Positions 1 to 10,378 of a stretch of DNA of 64,000 nt are shown one piece after another. The stretch lies in assembly GCA_024636785.1 (NCBI GenBank), contig JAGXGK010000025.1, positions 19,476-83,475 of the forward strand, written 5' to 3'. Origin of the DNA: Gammaproteobacteria bacterium. GTDB lineage: Bacteria; Pseudomonadota; Gammaproteobacteria; SZUA-229. The stretch's first letter is position 1. Each line of letters opens with the position of its first letter. A program made the translations under genes and the position numbers. Below the pieces are notes generated by a model. That model ran no database searches. It saw only the letters and a program-made list of their open reading frames with translations, and was not told where the DNA came from.

Positions 1-2
1 TG

Positions 3-3000
3 CGACTGGAAGAGGCTTTTTTTGCGCTGGCTCCGGTTAATTCGTTGCTACGCTGGACACCCACTGTCGGGGACGTAAGTCTGGTAGGCGCAGATCTTTA
101 TATCGAACGTTATGCCGACAACCGATGGCGAATTCAGGGTGTTGAATTTAGCGCCAATGCGGCAGAGGTCTCCGGTAATAATGATTCCAGCGAACTCATT
201 GCGGCAATAAAAAACACCAGTTTTTCCTTACTGGAAAGTGATATTCACTGGCAGGATTATCGGCTGCAATCCGAGCCGCTGGATTTTATCGGTGCCAATA
301 TCTATGTTGAAGAGTACTTCGGTGATCATGCACTGGAGATAAATCTACAGTTGCCGAAAATTTACGGGGAATCACTTCGGCTGGTGGTTAAGACCAGCGA
401 TGATATCGAGTATCTAGCAGACGCGGATCTGGATGTTTATATACAGGGCAAGTCGATCAATATAGATCAGTGTCTGTCAGTGCTGGATATGGCAGAGGTG
501 CCTGAAGTCAAAGGTATTCTCAGCGGTGAATTATGGCTGACCATGCAGAGCATGCGTGTATCTGACATCAGCGTCGATGCCCTGGTGAAACAGCTGGAGG
601 TCAACCGGGAAAATCGTGGGCGCTTCGCTGTCGATAGTCTTGAGGGCAAGATTGACTGGGCGAAAACAGCGGGCGGCTGGCGGCTCAATGGCCGTGATCT
701 TTATCTGGTGAAGCAGGCCAATGCCTGGAAACAGCCTGCCAATGTTGCCCTGGTGCAGGACAGGGCGGGTTTATCCGCCAGTGCAAACTATCTGCGCACG
801 CAGGATTTAATCAGCATCGCCGGCGTTTTTTTAGATGAAGCGCAGGCCGATATTGCCGACGCTTATCAGCTTAATAATTTCGGGGGTGACCTCTATAATT
901 TATCACTGTTTCTGCCCGCTGAAGACAGCGCAAACATCGAGCTCTCTACGGTTTTTGAGAACCTCTATTTGCAGGTGCCCGACAGTGACATCTCTTTCAG
1001 CGGTATAGATGGTTCCCTGCTGTACAGTGACGCACAGGCCAGCATCCAATTGCTGTCCGAGAAGGTGGTCATGGATTTTGGCGAGCTGTTTCGCCAGCCG
1101 CTGAAGGTTGATCGGGCTTCAGGCGTGGTGCATGTCGAGCATGAAAACAATCGCTGGCAGATCCGCACGGATAATTTCTATGCGTTGAATTCCGAGGTGG
1201 AGATAGATACCCGTCTGGAACTGCTAAAAAATGAGGACAGCGCATGGTTCGCTGATATTCAGTCTGATTTCAGAAATGCCAGCGGTGCATCTATTCAAAA
1301 ATATTATCCGGTGCCGATCATGTCGGCGGATCTGCTCCAGTGGCTGGACACTGTGGTCACTGACGGCGCTGTTGATTCGGGCAGTTTCATTATCCACGGT
1401 GATTTAAACCGTTTTCCTTATAAGAAAAATGAGGGGGTTATGCAGGCGGTTTTTGATGCCCGTGATTTGAACATGAAGTTTCTCCGGGGCTGGCCCAGCC
1501 TGAATAAAGTAAATGCGCATGTTCGTTTTTATAACTCGTCAATGGCCATTACCGACGCCGGCGGTGAAACTTACCGGGGGAAAATGACGGGGACGGAGGT
1601 GCTCATTCCGGATCTGAATAAACCGCGCTTGTTCATCAATGGCACTATTAACGCACCGGCTCAGGATCTTCAGCAATACGTCTGGGACAGCGGCCTGAAT
1701 AATATTTTAGGCGCCACCATGAAACAGTTTCAGGCCAGCGGTGAAATCGAAATCCAGCTGGCACTGGAAGTGCCACTAAATAAAAGCGATGACAAGATAC
1801 AGGCCAGAGGTAATGTGCAGTTCAGGGATAATGAACTGTATTTTCCAGTCATAGATTATGCCCTTGACAATGTTTCGGGGCGACTACTTTTTAACGGAGA
1901 TCAGTTGCTGGCCAGTAATGTAAAAGCGACCTTTGAGACGGCGCCGGTCAGTATTGATGTGGTTACCAGCGGTGAAGATAAAGCCGGTTCCGAAACCATT
2001 TTTTATATTAGAGGTCTTCTGCCTGCGGATGGCTTGCTGAAAAAATTTGCATGGATTCCACAGGGCTGGATGGAGGGTGCTTCATACTGGGATGTGGCGG
2101 TGCATCTACCGGCAGTGGTTGATGATTACGAGGTGCATGTTGAGATGAGTTCAGAACTTGAAGGCACCAGTATCCATTTTTCAGATGCGGTGAGTAAGGA
2201 TGCGGTGGCTTCACTGCCGGTTGAACTTGAGCTGAAGGCGTTGCTAGGTGTTCTGCATCTGGATATAAAAGCCGGCGAAAAATTCTCTCTATTTGCCGGC
2301 AGAGATGAAGAAGCGTTCTGGAACTTTGTGCTGGACTCAAGTCTGTTGCGAGGTAAAGGCTCACTGGCAGAGGATCTTGATAAAGCCTCCACAGTAACCA
2401 TGGATCTTGAATATGTTGAACTGTACAACTTGTTTAATAACAGCAAGAAAAGTGGAGATTCAGTCTCCCTGTTGCCGATTTTTTTCCCCTCACTTAATCT
2501 TAAAGCTGGAGTGCTGGTGTGGAATGACTGGAAATTCAATAATGTTAAACTTGAAACCAGCTGGCATTCTCACGGCATGCTGATTAACTCCTTGAGCCTG
2601 CAGAGTCCTTCGTTGCAGATTACCGGTCGGGGTAGCTGGCTGACCTCCTGGCAGAACAGGCATGAATCCAATTTTAAATTTTTTATAAACAGTGATGATT
2701 TTGGTCATGCCCTGTCTGCGTTAAAACTGGGCGACAGTATAAAAAGCGGCAAGCAACAGGCGACGGTGGACTGGCGATGGTTTGATGAACCTTATAATTT
2801 TTCCTGGCAGACTGTTCAGGGCAGTTCATATTTTAAAATTGAGGAAGGTGAAATCAGCGAGCTGGACCCCGGTACCGGCGGCAGATTTGTAGGTCTGTTT
2901 AATATCTTTAAGCTATTTGACCGTTTATCGCTGAATTTCAAAGATGTATCCGGCGAGGGTTTCGTTTTTGATTCGATTGAAGGTGATTTTGAATTCAATG

Positions 3001-3281
3001 ACGGGTATGCTTCCACCCGGAATGTAGAAGTAGACGGGGCGGTGGCGGCTATGAAGCTCGGTGGAAAAATCGGCATGGTGAATAAAGATTATGATCTGAC
3101 CATGCAGGTGAAACCGCATTCATCCGCCGCTGTATTTACCACCGGCACATTAGCCGGAGGGCCGGTTTTGGGTGCGGGTCTTGTGCTGTTAAATAAGCTG
3201 TTCGGTTTGGAGAAAGGCTCTTATAATGAGTATGAGATAACGGGTTCATGGATTGATCCGAAAATAGAAAAAAACCGGTGA
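3..3281 (+). CDS. yhdP: YhdP/AsmA-like large envelope protein, 5'-truncated by window edge
   Basis: Frame is open from nt 3, with no stop upstream of the listed TTG at 45. More than 1078 aa. C-terminal tail YEITGSWIDPKIEK is typical of the YhdP/AsmA2 family. Followed by a C-N hydrolase, as in many gammaproteobacteria. Confidence 0.7.
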   Translation, partial: RLEEAFFALAPVNSLLRWTPTVGDVSLVGADLYIERYADNRWRIQGVEFSANAAEVSGNNDSSELIAAIKNTSFSLLESDIHWQDYRLQSEPLDFIGANIYVEEYFGDHALEINLQLPKIYGESLRLVVKTSDDIEYLADADLDVYIQGKSINIDQCLSVLDMAEVPEVKGILSGELWLTMQSMRVSDISVDALVKQLEVNRENRGRFAVDSLEGKIDWAKTAGGWRLNGRDLYLVKQANAWKQPANVALVQDRAGLSASANYLRTQDLISIAGVFLDEAQADIADAYQLNNFGGDLYNLSLFLPAEDSANIELSTVFENLYLQVPDSDISFSGIDGSLLYSDAQASIQLLSEKVVMDFGELFRQPLKVDRASGVVHVEHENNRWQIRTDNFYALNSEVEIDTRLELLKNEDSAWFADIQSDFRNASGASIQKYYPVPIMSADLLQWLDTVVTDGAVDSGSFIIHGDLNRFPYKKNEGVMQAVFDARDLNMKFLRGWPSLNKVNAHVRFYNSSMAITDAGGETYRGKMTGTEVLIPDLNKPRLFINGTINAPAQDLQQYVWDSGLNNILGATMKQFQASGEIEIQLALEVPLNKSDDKIQARGNVQFRDNELYFPVIDYALDNVSGRLLFNGDQLLASNVKATFETAPVSIDVVTSGEDKAGSETIFYIRGLLPADGLLKKFAWIPQGWMEGASYWDVAVHLPAVVDDYEVHVEMSSELEGTSIHFSDAVSKDAVASLPVELELKALLGVLHLDIKAGEKFSLFAGRDEEAFWNFVLDSSLLRGKGSLAEDLDKASTVTMDLEYVELYNLFNNSKKSGDSVSLLPIFFPSLNLKAGVLVWNDWKFNNVKLETSWHSHGMLINSLSLQSPSLQITGRGSWLTSWQNRHESNFKFFINSDDFGHALSALKLGDSIKSGKQQATVDWRWFDEPYNFSWQTVQGSSYFKIEEGEISELDPGTGGRFVGLFNIFKLFDRLSLNFKDVSGEGFVFDSIEGDFEFNDGYASTRNVEVDGAVAAMKLGGKIGMVNKDYDLTMQVKPHSSAAVFTTGTLAGGPVLGAGLVLLNKLFGLEKGSYNEYEITGSWIDPKIEKNR

Positions 3282-3308
3282 GCGTGGTGCAGAGAAAAAT
3301 TAGAAGCA

Positions 3309-3755
3309 ATGAACAGGTTCAAGACAGTGTCTAATATCGAATCCGCTATACCGGCTGCCGGTAACACTCTAAAATCTTTCCTGCTGCTGTTTGTCTTTGT
3401 TTCGGGCATGTTGTCGGCAACGATGGTACACGCCGAAATCGGTGCCGGCTTGCAGCACTTCGAAACCCGGGGTTGGAAGCTGGCAGAAGAGCAGTGGGAT
3501 CTGGTGAAACAGGGCGAACATCTGCTGAAAATGCCGATGATGCATGAGGTGGTCGAGGCCTGGTCACTGCGAAAGGGGCAGGTCATCGAGTTGCGTTACC
3601 CCGGCGGTGAAGAAGGGGAGTTATGGGTTGAAGAGCTGATGGACTGGCTGATCTCGTTAGGCATTGCCTCGCAATACTTGCTTGCCGTACCCGGTAGCGG
3701 CGAAGCAGATGTTATTATGATAAAAATATTAAAAACTGGAGATATATCGCGGTGA
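3309..3755 (+). CDS. hypothetical protein with N-terminal hydrophobic segment
   Basis: 148-aa ORF with hydrophobic stretch FLLLFVFVSGMLSATMVHA. 4-nt overlap with the next gene. No family recognised. Confidence 0.45.
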   Translation: MNRFKTVSNIESAIPAAGNTLKSFLLLFVFVSGMLSATMVHAEIGAGLQHFETRGWKLAEEQWDLVKQGEHLLKMPMMHEVVEAWSLRKGQVIELRYPGGEEGELWVEELMDWLISLGIASQYLLAVPGSGEADVIMIKILKTGDISR

Positions 3756-4582
3756 CTAAGGTAGCGGCCATACAGATGGCATCAGGTCCAAATGTACAGG
3801 CAAATTTGGATGAGGCTGAAAAATTTATCAAAATTGCAGTTCTGCAGGGCGCGGAACTGGTGGTTCTGCCGGAAAATTTTGCCATTATGGGGATGTCTGA
3901 AACCGACAAGGTAGACATTGCCGAGGTCTATAAGGAAGGCTTAATTCAGAACTTTCTGAGTGAGCAGGCAGCTAAACACGGTATCTGGCTGGTAGGCGGC
4001 ACCATACCCGTTCAATCGCGGGATGCCAGAAAAGTTTCTGCGGCGTGCCTGTTGTTCAATGATGCCGGCGCGGTGGCGGCGCGGTATGACAAAATTCATC
4101 TCTTTGATGTGACGCTGGCGGAGAGTGGCGAAAGCTATACTGAATCAGAGACCATCGCTTCAGGGGATGAAGTTGTGGTTATCGAAACCCCTTTCGGTCG
4201 TCTGGGCCTGGCTGTCTGTTACGATCTGCGGTTTCCTGAAATATTCAGGGCCATGTCTGACTCGGGAGTCGATATTATCGCTCTACCTTCATCGTTCACC
4301 AGTTTGACCGGGAAGGCGCATTGGGAAACGCTGATTCGGGCGCGGGCCATTGAGAATTTATCGTATGTGGTTGCCGCGGCACAGGGCGGTTATCATGTTA
4401 ACGGGCGGGAAACCCACGGTGACAGCATGATTGTTGATCCATGGGGGATGGTGCTCAACCGTCTGCCTCATGGTACCGGCGTCGTGGTTTCAGAGGTTGA
4501 TCTTGGCAAACTAAAGAAAACCCGCAAGCTGTTCCCGGCACTGGAGCACCGGCGTCTGAACTGTAAAATAAATTTTGGTTAA
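3752..4582 (+). CDS. carbon-nitrogen hydrolase (nitrilase superfamily)
   Basis: The Glu/Lys/Cys catalytic blocks are visible: LVVLPENFA, ARYDKIHLFD, LGLAVCYDLRFPE. GTG start. Confidence 0.85.
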   Translation: MTKVAAIQMASGPNVQANLDEAEKFIKIAVLQGAELVVLPENFAIMGMSETDKVDIAEVYKEGLIQNFLSEQAAKHGIWLVGGTIPVQSRDARKVSAACLLFNDAGAVAARYDKIHLFDVTLAESGESYTESETIASGDEVVVIETPFGRLGLAVCYDLRFPEIFRAMSDSGVDIIALPSSFTSLTGKAHWETLIRARAIENLSYVVAAAQGGYHVNGRETHGDSMIVDPWGMVLNRLPHGTGVVVSEVDLGKLKKTRKLFPALEHRRLNCKINFG

Positions 4583-4625
4583 GCGTCTATCCAGAGGCTG
4601 ACATATTATTCAGTCAGTTTTCGCT

Positions 4626-5129
4626 TTACAGATCGCGCAGGTATTTGAACAGCTTGCGCGCTGAAGTCGGTGGTTTTTCCTGGAGCCGTTCACGTTTGGC
4701 CTGGCGAATCAGCTGGTTGATATGCTGACGGTCAATCTGGGGGTAGGCGTCGATAATCTCACTGAGCGCGGCTTTATCCTCTTCCAGTAGACGGTCACGC
4801 CAGCGCTCTATTTTTCTGAAGTGGGCGCTGTTGGTATCGTGACTGTGCTGGAGATGTTCAACCTGCTTTTTTAATTCTTCACTGTCGATCTGGCGCATGA
4901 TTTTTCCGATGTACTGACGCTGTCGTTTAAGCCCGCCACGGGACTGTATTTTACGCGCGGTGCGCAGAGCATCATCCAGTACCTCAGGCAGGTTCAGGGC
5001 ATCCAGCTCACTCTGTTTCATGCCGATCAGATCTTCGCCCAGCTTTTGCAGTGCATCGCACTCGCGTTTTACCTGTGACTTGCTCGGCGGCAGGTCTGTA
5101 TCAAATTCGTCTTCAGTAGTCACGGTCAT
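4626..5129 (-). CDS. darP: ribosome-associated protein YjgA/DarP (DUF615)
   Basis: 167 aa, with PSKSQVKRECDALQKLGEDL and a charged helical body typical of YjgA. Confidence 0.75.
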   Translation of the reverse strand: MTVTTEDEFDTDLPPSKSQVKRECDALQKLGEDLIGMKQSELDALNLPEVLDDALRTARKIQSRGGLKRQRQYIGKIMRQIDSEELKKQVEHLQHSHDTNSAHFRKIERWRDRLLEEDKAALSEIIDAYPQIDRQHINQLIRQAKRERLQEKPPTSARKLFKYLRDL

Positions 5130-5904
5130 TGAATCCTTGAATGGTATCCATGGCGGATTTAAATTTCATGGTTTTATCGGATGGAAATTGTACTTGATCA
5201 AGTAGCATGGAGAGTTGCAGCTTGCCGTCTTTCCATTTATCAACTTTGACCGGTAAATTGTTCAGGCTGGGCGCCAGCCACATAAAGATGGGGCTTTTGT
5301 CGGGCGCACTCTCTCTTTCCACTTTTATCGCTCGAATGCTGTTGCCGTTAACTTCAATTTTTTCGATGCCATGGGTAATGAAGGTGTAACTTTTAAACTC
5401 GCCCTTCACCATCATGGTGTATTGCTGGGGCGGCCCATTTTCTGTGGTGTTGAGCATTAGGGGAATCAGGTAGCTGCAAGTGTCCCAGACCGGTTCATCG
5501 ACACTGAGGCTGAGTGCTTCTCCATAGGCGGTGCCGGTCACGTTACCTTCCAGCTCGCCGTCGGATCGGGACCAGTTTATTTTGATCAGGATATCGCGAT
5601 TTTTATCATCGGGTGAATCCTGCCGGTAGCTGAATTCAGTGAGCAGCAATTGTTCATGGGGCCTGGAGATAAAGCTGCTTTCATCCAGCTGATCACTGCG
5701 TAGCAGTGCGGCCAGGCCGACGGCTTCGCTGTGTTGCGATATACGCAGGCCATTGTTTTCATGTTGCAGCGTGTAGTCGCTTCGAGCCATAACGATGCCG
5801 TATTTTTCCAGGTTGTAGCTGGCGGTAAATTCGAGTGGCAGGGCAGACGCTGTCGAAGACAGAAACGCCAGTAGCAGCAAAATCGTGCTGAATGTGATTT
5901 TCAT
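5113..5904 (-). CDS. DUF3108 domain protein (secreted)
   Basis: Signal peptide MKITFSTILLLLAFLSSTASA when started at the internal Met. TGATG overlap with the purN stop. Conserved position downstream of purN. Confidence 0.6.
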   Translation of the reverse strand: MKITFSTILLLLAFLSSTASALPLEFTASYNLEKYGIVMARSDYTLQHENNGLRISQHSEAVGLAALLRSDQLDESSFISRPHEQLLLTEFSYRQDSPDDKNRDILIKINWSRSDGELEGNVTGTAYGEALSLSVDEPVWDTCSYLIPLMLNTTENGPPQQYTMMVKGEFKSYTFITHGIEKIEVNGNSIRAIKVERESAPDKSPIFMWLAPSLNNLPVKVDKWKDGKLQLSMLLDQVQFPSDKTMKFKSAMDTIQGFNDRDY

Positions 5905-6566
5905 CAGGGTAAGGTAAGCGTTTCGTGTTGCCATAATGCGGCTTCTTTTATAAGTTTGTTATCAAAGTGTATGTGATTGTCGATCAGCCTGAGTCGGCCT
6001 TCAATAAACCACGCAATGGCGAGCGGATAAATGATGTGCTCCAGTTCTAACACCCGACCGGCAAGCGCCGTTTCGTCTTCATCATCGAGTATCTCTAACT
6101 TAGCCTGTATGACCACGGGGCCGCTATCAAGTTCGTTGCTGACAAAATGAACACTGGCACCGTGCTGATCATGGCCGGCTTCGAGCGCGCGGCGGTGAGT
6201 GTGCAGGCCTTTGAATTCGGGCAGTAATGAAGGGTGAATATTAAGAATGCGCCCCGTAAAGTGGTCAATAAAAGCCGCCGGCAGGATGCGCATAAAGCCG
6301 GCAAGCACAATGAGGTCGGGTTCCAGCTCGGCTACCTGTTGAGATAAGGCGGCATCAAATTGCCGGCGTTCCGCAAACCCGGTATGGTCGATAACAATGG
6401 TCTTAATGCCCGCCGCCGCTGCTTTTTTCAGACCCAGAGCATCGGGGCGATTACTGATAACGGCGCTGATGCGGGCGCGGATTTTCTTTTCGACCACGGC
6501 ATCAATAATCGCCTGAAGATTGCTGCCCGAGCCTGAAATCAATATGACGATTGAGGGGGTGCTCAC
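5904..6566 (-). CDS. purN: phosphoribosylglycinamide formyltransferase
   Basis: ISGSGSNLQAII and NIHPSLLPEFKG motifs. Located downstream of purM. Confidence 0.93.
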   Translation of the reverse strand: MSTPSIVILISGSGSNLQAIIDAVVEKKIRARISAVISNRPDALGLKKAAAAGIKTIVIDHTGFAERRQFDAALSQQVAELEPDLIVLAGFMRILPAAFIDHFTGRILNIHPSLLPEFKGLHTHRRALEAGHDQHGASVHFVSNELDSGPVVIQAKLEILDDEDETALAGRVLELEHIIYPLAIAWFIEGRLRLIDNHIHFDNKLIKEAALWQHETLTLP

Positions 6567-6578
6567 TATTAGTTTCGA

Positions 6579-7634
6579 TTATTTGAAAATAACGTCGGCT
6601 TTGCCCGAGGTCTGAACAATTTCACCCAATCGCCAGGCTTTTTCGCCCGCCGCATTGAAGGCGCTGATGATGTTGCCGGCATCTTCCTCAGCGACGATGA
6701 TGGCCATGCCAATGCCGCAGTTGAAGGTTCGGTACATCTCGTTGATTTCGACATTGCCATTTTTCTGCAACCACTCAAACACCGGCGGTAACTGACAGCT
6801 CTGCTGGTCGAGGATCGCCCGGGTGTTTTCGGGCAGTACTCGTGGAATGTTTTCCAGCAGGCCGCCACCGGTAATGTGCGCCAACGCATGCATGGGAATA
6901 GTTTTTAATACTTCCAGAATCGAGGCCACGTAGATGCGCGTCGGTGCCAGCAGTGCCTCGCCCAGCGTGGTTTTGCCGCAGGCCTGATCCAGTGAAGCGT
7001 CGCTGACTTCGATGATTTTTCGGATCAGCGAATAGCCGTTGGAGTGCGGGCCGCTGGAAGCCAGGGCGATGATGGCATCACCGGCTTTGACTTTCGAGCC
7101 ATCGATAATGTTCTCTTTCTCCACCACGCCGACGCAGAAGCCCGCCAGATCGTAATCATTCTCGCTGTACATGCCGGGCATTTCAGCGGTTTCACCGCCG
7201 ATAAGCGCCGCACCGGACTGGCGACAGCCTTCGGCAATGCCTTCAATGACGCTGGCGGCTATCTCCGTATTCAATTTGCCGGTGGCATAGTAGTCGAGGA
7301 AGAACAGCGGTTCGGCGCCCAGCACCAGAATGTCATTGACGCACATGGCCACCAGATCGATGCCAATGGTGTCGTGTTTGCCCAGCTCTATCGCCAGCTT
7401 CAGCTTGGTGCCGACCCCGTCGGTGCCGGAAACCAGTACCGGCTGTTTGTAGCCTTCAGGAATTTCAAACAGGCCGCCAAAACCGCCGATGCTGCCCATG
7501 ACGCCGGGACGTCGGGTGCTGGCGACGCTGCCGCGAATTTTCTCGATCAGCTGGTTGCCGGCATCGATATCGACACCGGCATCGCGGTAACTGAGGGAGG
7601 GAGAGCTGTTCTTGCTGTGAGTATTATCCGACAT
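6579..7634 (-). CDS. purM: phosphoribosylformylglycinamidine cyclo-ligase (AIR synthetase)
   Basis: 351 aa with [12 protein letters not shown] and GGFGGLF motifs, and full-length PurM-like sequence. Confidence 0.95.
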   Translation of the reverse strand: MSDNTHSKNSSPSLSYRDAGVDIDAGNQLIEKIRGSVASTRRPGVMGSIGGFGGLFEIPEGYKQPVLVSGTDGVGTKLKLAIELGKHDTIGIDLVAMCVNDILVLGAEPLFFLDYYATGKLNTEIAASVIEGIAEGCRQSGAALIGGETAEMPGMYSENDYDLAGFCVGVVEKENIIDGSKVKAGDAIIALASSGPHSNGYSLIRKIIEVSDASLDQACGKTTLGEALLAPTRIYVASILEVLKTIPMHALAHITGGGLLENIPRVLPENTRAILDQQSCQLPPVFEWLQKNGNVEINEMYRTFNCGIGMAIIVAEEDAGNIISAFNAAGEKAWRLGEIVQTSGKADVIFK

Positions 7635-7690
7635 GGGTTAAAACCGGTTTTTGTTGGCGATTAGTGCATCACGATGTTTTGATGGTTTAA

Positions 7691-7793
7691 TAGGAGGCTG
7701 TCGGATTCAGGATGAATTGGCTGCGGAAGTGGAAGATTTGTGCTCACTCTCCCACTCCCTCGCTTCAATTCCCCTAAACCCGACAGCCTCCTA
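7691..7793. repeat. palindromic intergenic repeat element, copy A (103 bp)
   Basis: Termini TAGGAGGCTGTCGGATTCAGGATGAATTG ... CAATTCCCCTAAACCCGACAGCCTCCTA are inverted repeats. Homologous copies lie at 11344 and 47454. Confidence 0.85.
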
Positions 7794-7884
7794 GAGCATT
7801 TTAATGGTGCGATATTGTACACGCTCCTTGCTGTGGGATTGTATAATCTATCGAAATAATCCTCTAGTTAATAATAGTGTGTCT

Positions 7885-9147
7885 ATGGTTTCTCAAAAAA
7901 TAAGCAATCTTACCGGCTCAGGATCAAAAACAGGGCTGACAATGCTTCTGTTCGCCTTCTGGGCATGCCTGTTGTCTCCGATGTCTGCCTCTGCGGTGGC
8001 GGTTGCAGGGCTGTTTGAAGTCCAGATGACCGTTCTCGATGAAAGCACCGAGGTTCGGCGTGCGGCGTTGAACGACGGTCTGCTCGAAGTGTTGATCCGG
8101 ATTTCAGGTGATAGTGAATTGCTGCAAAAAATCGAGCAGCCCCCGGCTGACGATTACGTGCAGCGGTTTGAGTATTCGGAGCAGGATGCTGCGCTGAGCG
8201 GCGGCGTGGCGGGTGAGAAATTGCAGCGGCTCTGGGTGCGTTATAACGCGACCAGAGTGATGGATTTTCTGCGCCGGCAGAACATTCCTATCTGGGGCGA
8301 ACACCGCAGTCAGGCGGTGATCTGGCTGGCGGTGCGCGATGGCGGGCAGCGCTATGTTCTGAAAGAGAGCGATAAATCGCCGATTAAAAACAGCGTCGAT
8401 GCAGCTTTCAGTCGCCGTGGTATTCCGGCCATCTGGCCGAAAAATGATGAAGCCGATCAGCAGATCATTCGCTTCGCGGATGTCTGGGCAGGGTTTGCCG
8501 AACCCCTGCAAAAAGCTTCAAAGCGTTACTCAGCGGGATCTATTATCACCGCCAATCTGGGCTGGAATGGCACTGAGTGGAAAGGTGAATGGTCATTATT
8601 GATGGCTGGTGAGCTTAAAAAATGGAGTCTGAGCGGGGCTGATTATGCCAGCGTGATTGTAAAAGCCGCTGATTTGATCGCTGATACTATGGGGCAAAAA
8701 TTTGCGGCACTGCAATCTTTCGATATCTCACAGCAGAAAAAGGTAATGATGGAAATAGACAAGATCAGAAGCGTGGAGGCCTTCCGCGCCATTGAAAACT
8801 ATCTCTCCAGCCTGTCGGCCGTGCAGTCGGTGCAGCTTTCGCAGGTAGAGCCGGAGCGGGTCTTTTTCGAACTTGCGCTGCGCACCAAAATCGATGATCT
8901 GATCAATCTGATACAGTCGGGCTCAACCCTGGCCCGGCTTCCCGACAGGGTTGTCACGCTGCCTGCTGATGAAAGTGTTGCTAATACTGATGCGGTTGCA
9001 GCCACGGTTACGCCGGCTGAGGATGTTGACACGAAATCTATAGCTGACCCCGGCACTGAAACCGCAGTAGTCACGGCTGACGGTACCGTGGTGGTGCAGC
9101 CTTCTGCTGTGGTGCAACGAACCATCTATCGCTTCGAGTTACGTTAA
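7885..9147 (+). CDS. DUF2066 domain protein (secreted)
   Basis: Lies between purM and hda, the conserved position for DUF2066. Signal-like LLFAFWACLLSPMSASA. Start uncertain (7885 or 7942). Confidence 0.6.
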   Translation: MVSQKISNLTGSGSKTGLTMLLFAFWACLLSPMSASAVAVAGLFEVQMTVLDESTEVRRAALNDGLLEVLIRISGDSELLQKIEQPPADDYVQRFEYSEQDAALSGGVAGEKLQRLWVRYNATRVMDFLRRQNIPIWGEHRSQAVIWLAVRDGGQRYVLKESDKSPIKNSVDAAFSRRGIPAIWPKNDEADQQIIRFADVWAGFAEPLQKASKRYSAGSIITANLGWNGTEWKGEWSLLMAGELKKWSLSGADYASVIVKAADLIADTMGQKFAALQSFDISQQKKVMMEIDKIRSVEAFRAIENYLSSLSAVQSVQLSQVEPERVFFELALRTKIDDLINLIQSGSTLARLPDRVVTLPADESVANTDAVAATVTPAEDVDTKSIADPGTETAVVTADGTVVVQPSAVVQRTIYRFELR

Positions 9148-9149
9148 TC

Positions 9150-9890
9150 GTGTCTCTGTCCAGCAAGGTGGATCAAACATTCAGGCAGTTGCCGCTGCAT
9201 TTTGGTGTGCGCAATGTGCTGAGTTTCGATACGCTGGTGGCGGGTGCTAACGCGGTGGCGGTGGGCATTGTGCGGCAATGTGCCCTGGGCGAGGGCGAGA
9301 AGCAGGTCTACATCTGGTCGGCCGAGAGTGAGGGCAAGGGTGGCGGAAAAAGTCATTTGTTACAGGCCGCCTGCCATCTGGCGGCAAAAAATCAGCGCAC
9401 GGTGTGTTATCTGCCTGCCGCAGAGATTCTCAATCTGCCGGTGCAGGTGCTCGATGAGCTGGAGCAGCTGGATCTGGTCTGTCTGGATGACATCGAGTTA
9501 ATGGCGCAATCGCCCGACTGGGAAGAGGCGCTGTTCGATTTGATCAACCGCATGCGCGAATCCGGCAACAGTCTGTTGCTGGCGGCATCGGTCTCGCCGG
9601 AAGCTATGGCTGTGAAATTGCCCGACCTGCGCTCGCGTCTGGCCTGGGGGCCGGTCTTCCAGCTGCAACCGTTGAGCGATGCCGAGAAGCTCGAAGCCCT
9701 GCGCATTCGAGCCGGATTGCGCGGTCTGGAACTGCCCGACAACGTGGCCGACTACCTGATACGCCATTACCCGCGCGACCTGTTCGGCCTGTTCGAACGG
9801 CTCGATGTGCTGGACACCGCCGCCATGGCGATGCAGCGGCGACTGACGGTGCCTTTCGTCAAATCCGTGCTGGATGATATTGATAGTTAA
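9150..9890 (+). CDS. hda: DnaA regulatory inactivator Hda
   Basis: DnaA domain III-like AAA+ protein of 246 aa (GKSHLLQAAC, DLVCLDDIE) in the conserved purM-hda neighbourhood. Confidence 0.85.
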   Translation: MSLSSKVDQTFRQLPLHFGVRNVLSFDTLVAGANAVAVGIVRQCALGEGEKQVYIWSAESEGKGGGKSHLLQAACHLAAKNQRTVCYLPAAEILNLPVQVLDELEQLDLVCLDDIELMAQSPDWEEALFDLINRMRESGNSLLLAASVSPEAMAVKLPDLRSRLAWGPVFQLQPLSDAEKLEALRIRAGLRGLELPDNVADYLIRHYPRDLFGLFERLDVLDTAAMAMQRRLTVPFVKSVLDDIDS

Positions 9891-9906
9891 CTGAGAAAAA
9901 ACATTC

Positions 9907-9977
9907 ACCGCAGAGGAAAAGCTTTTAATTATGGTTTTACCTATAATTTTTTAAGGTTTTCTCCGCGCCTCTGCGGT
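9907..9977. repeat. inverted repeat between convergent genes (possible bidirectional terminator)
   Basis: ACCGCAGAGG (9907-9916) pairs with CCTCTGCGGT (9968-9977). Each arm is followed by AAAAGCTTTTA. The loop is long (~51 nt), so terminator function is uncertain. Confidence 0.4.
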
Positions 9978-9993
9978 AAAAAGCTTTTATCTA

Positions 9994-10374
9994 TCATTTT
10001 TCTAAATCTACAGCATCTTCTTTCTGCTTTCTTGCGCTCAGCCGGGTGTAGAGGACGGTGCCGACAAAAAACAGCAGGCTGAATGCGGTAACGTAGAGGC
10101 CGATCATCAGGGTTTCGTCAGCACCGGCGTACCAGATTCCGATAATAAAATAGAAGATCGCCAGATAAATTGACCAGGCGTGGGTATAGGTTTTGCCGTG
10201 GAGCAGGCCGCGCAGCGGGAACATGAGCGGGCCGAGTTGCGTCAGGATGATGATCGAGATCAGATGCGCTTCGGTCTTGTTGATCAACAGATGCCAGGCG
10301 AAAAGTCCGATCATTAGTCCGAAATAACCGGTCAGGGTTAGCCAGCGGGAGAGCATGAGGTTTGATGTCGACAT
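9994..10374 (-). CDS. DUF2069 membrane protein
   Basis: Four hydrophobic helices. Internal start MSTSNLMLSRW lies immediately after the wrbA stop. The upstream part of the listed ORF overlaps wrbA and is probably spurious. Confidence 0.6.
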   Translation of the reverse strand: MSTSNLMLSRWLTLTGYFGLMIGLFAWHLLINKTEAHLISIIILTQLGPLMFPLRGLLHGKTYTHAWSIYLAIFYFIIGIWYAGADETLMIGLYVTAFSLLFFVGTVLYTRLSARKQKEDAVDLEK

Positions 10375-10378
10375 AAGT

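Noticed and set aside
7044-7664. 206-aa ORF antisense to purM. Similar long antisense ORFs occur opposite wrbA (10355-10954), the GspE-like gene (13557-14213), napG (20469-21138), napA, nirS and the NirN-like gene (47774-48511).
   Set aside because: They lie entirely inside well-supported genes on the other strand and have low-complexity Ala/Gly/Arg/His-rich translations. They have no recognisable motifs. This is a typical artefact of GC-rich third positions.
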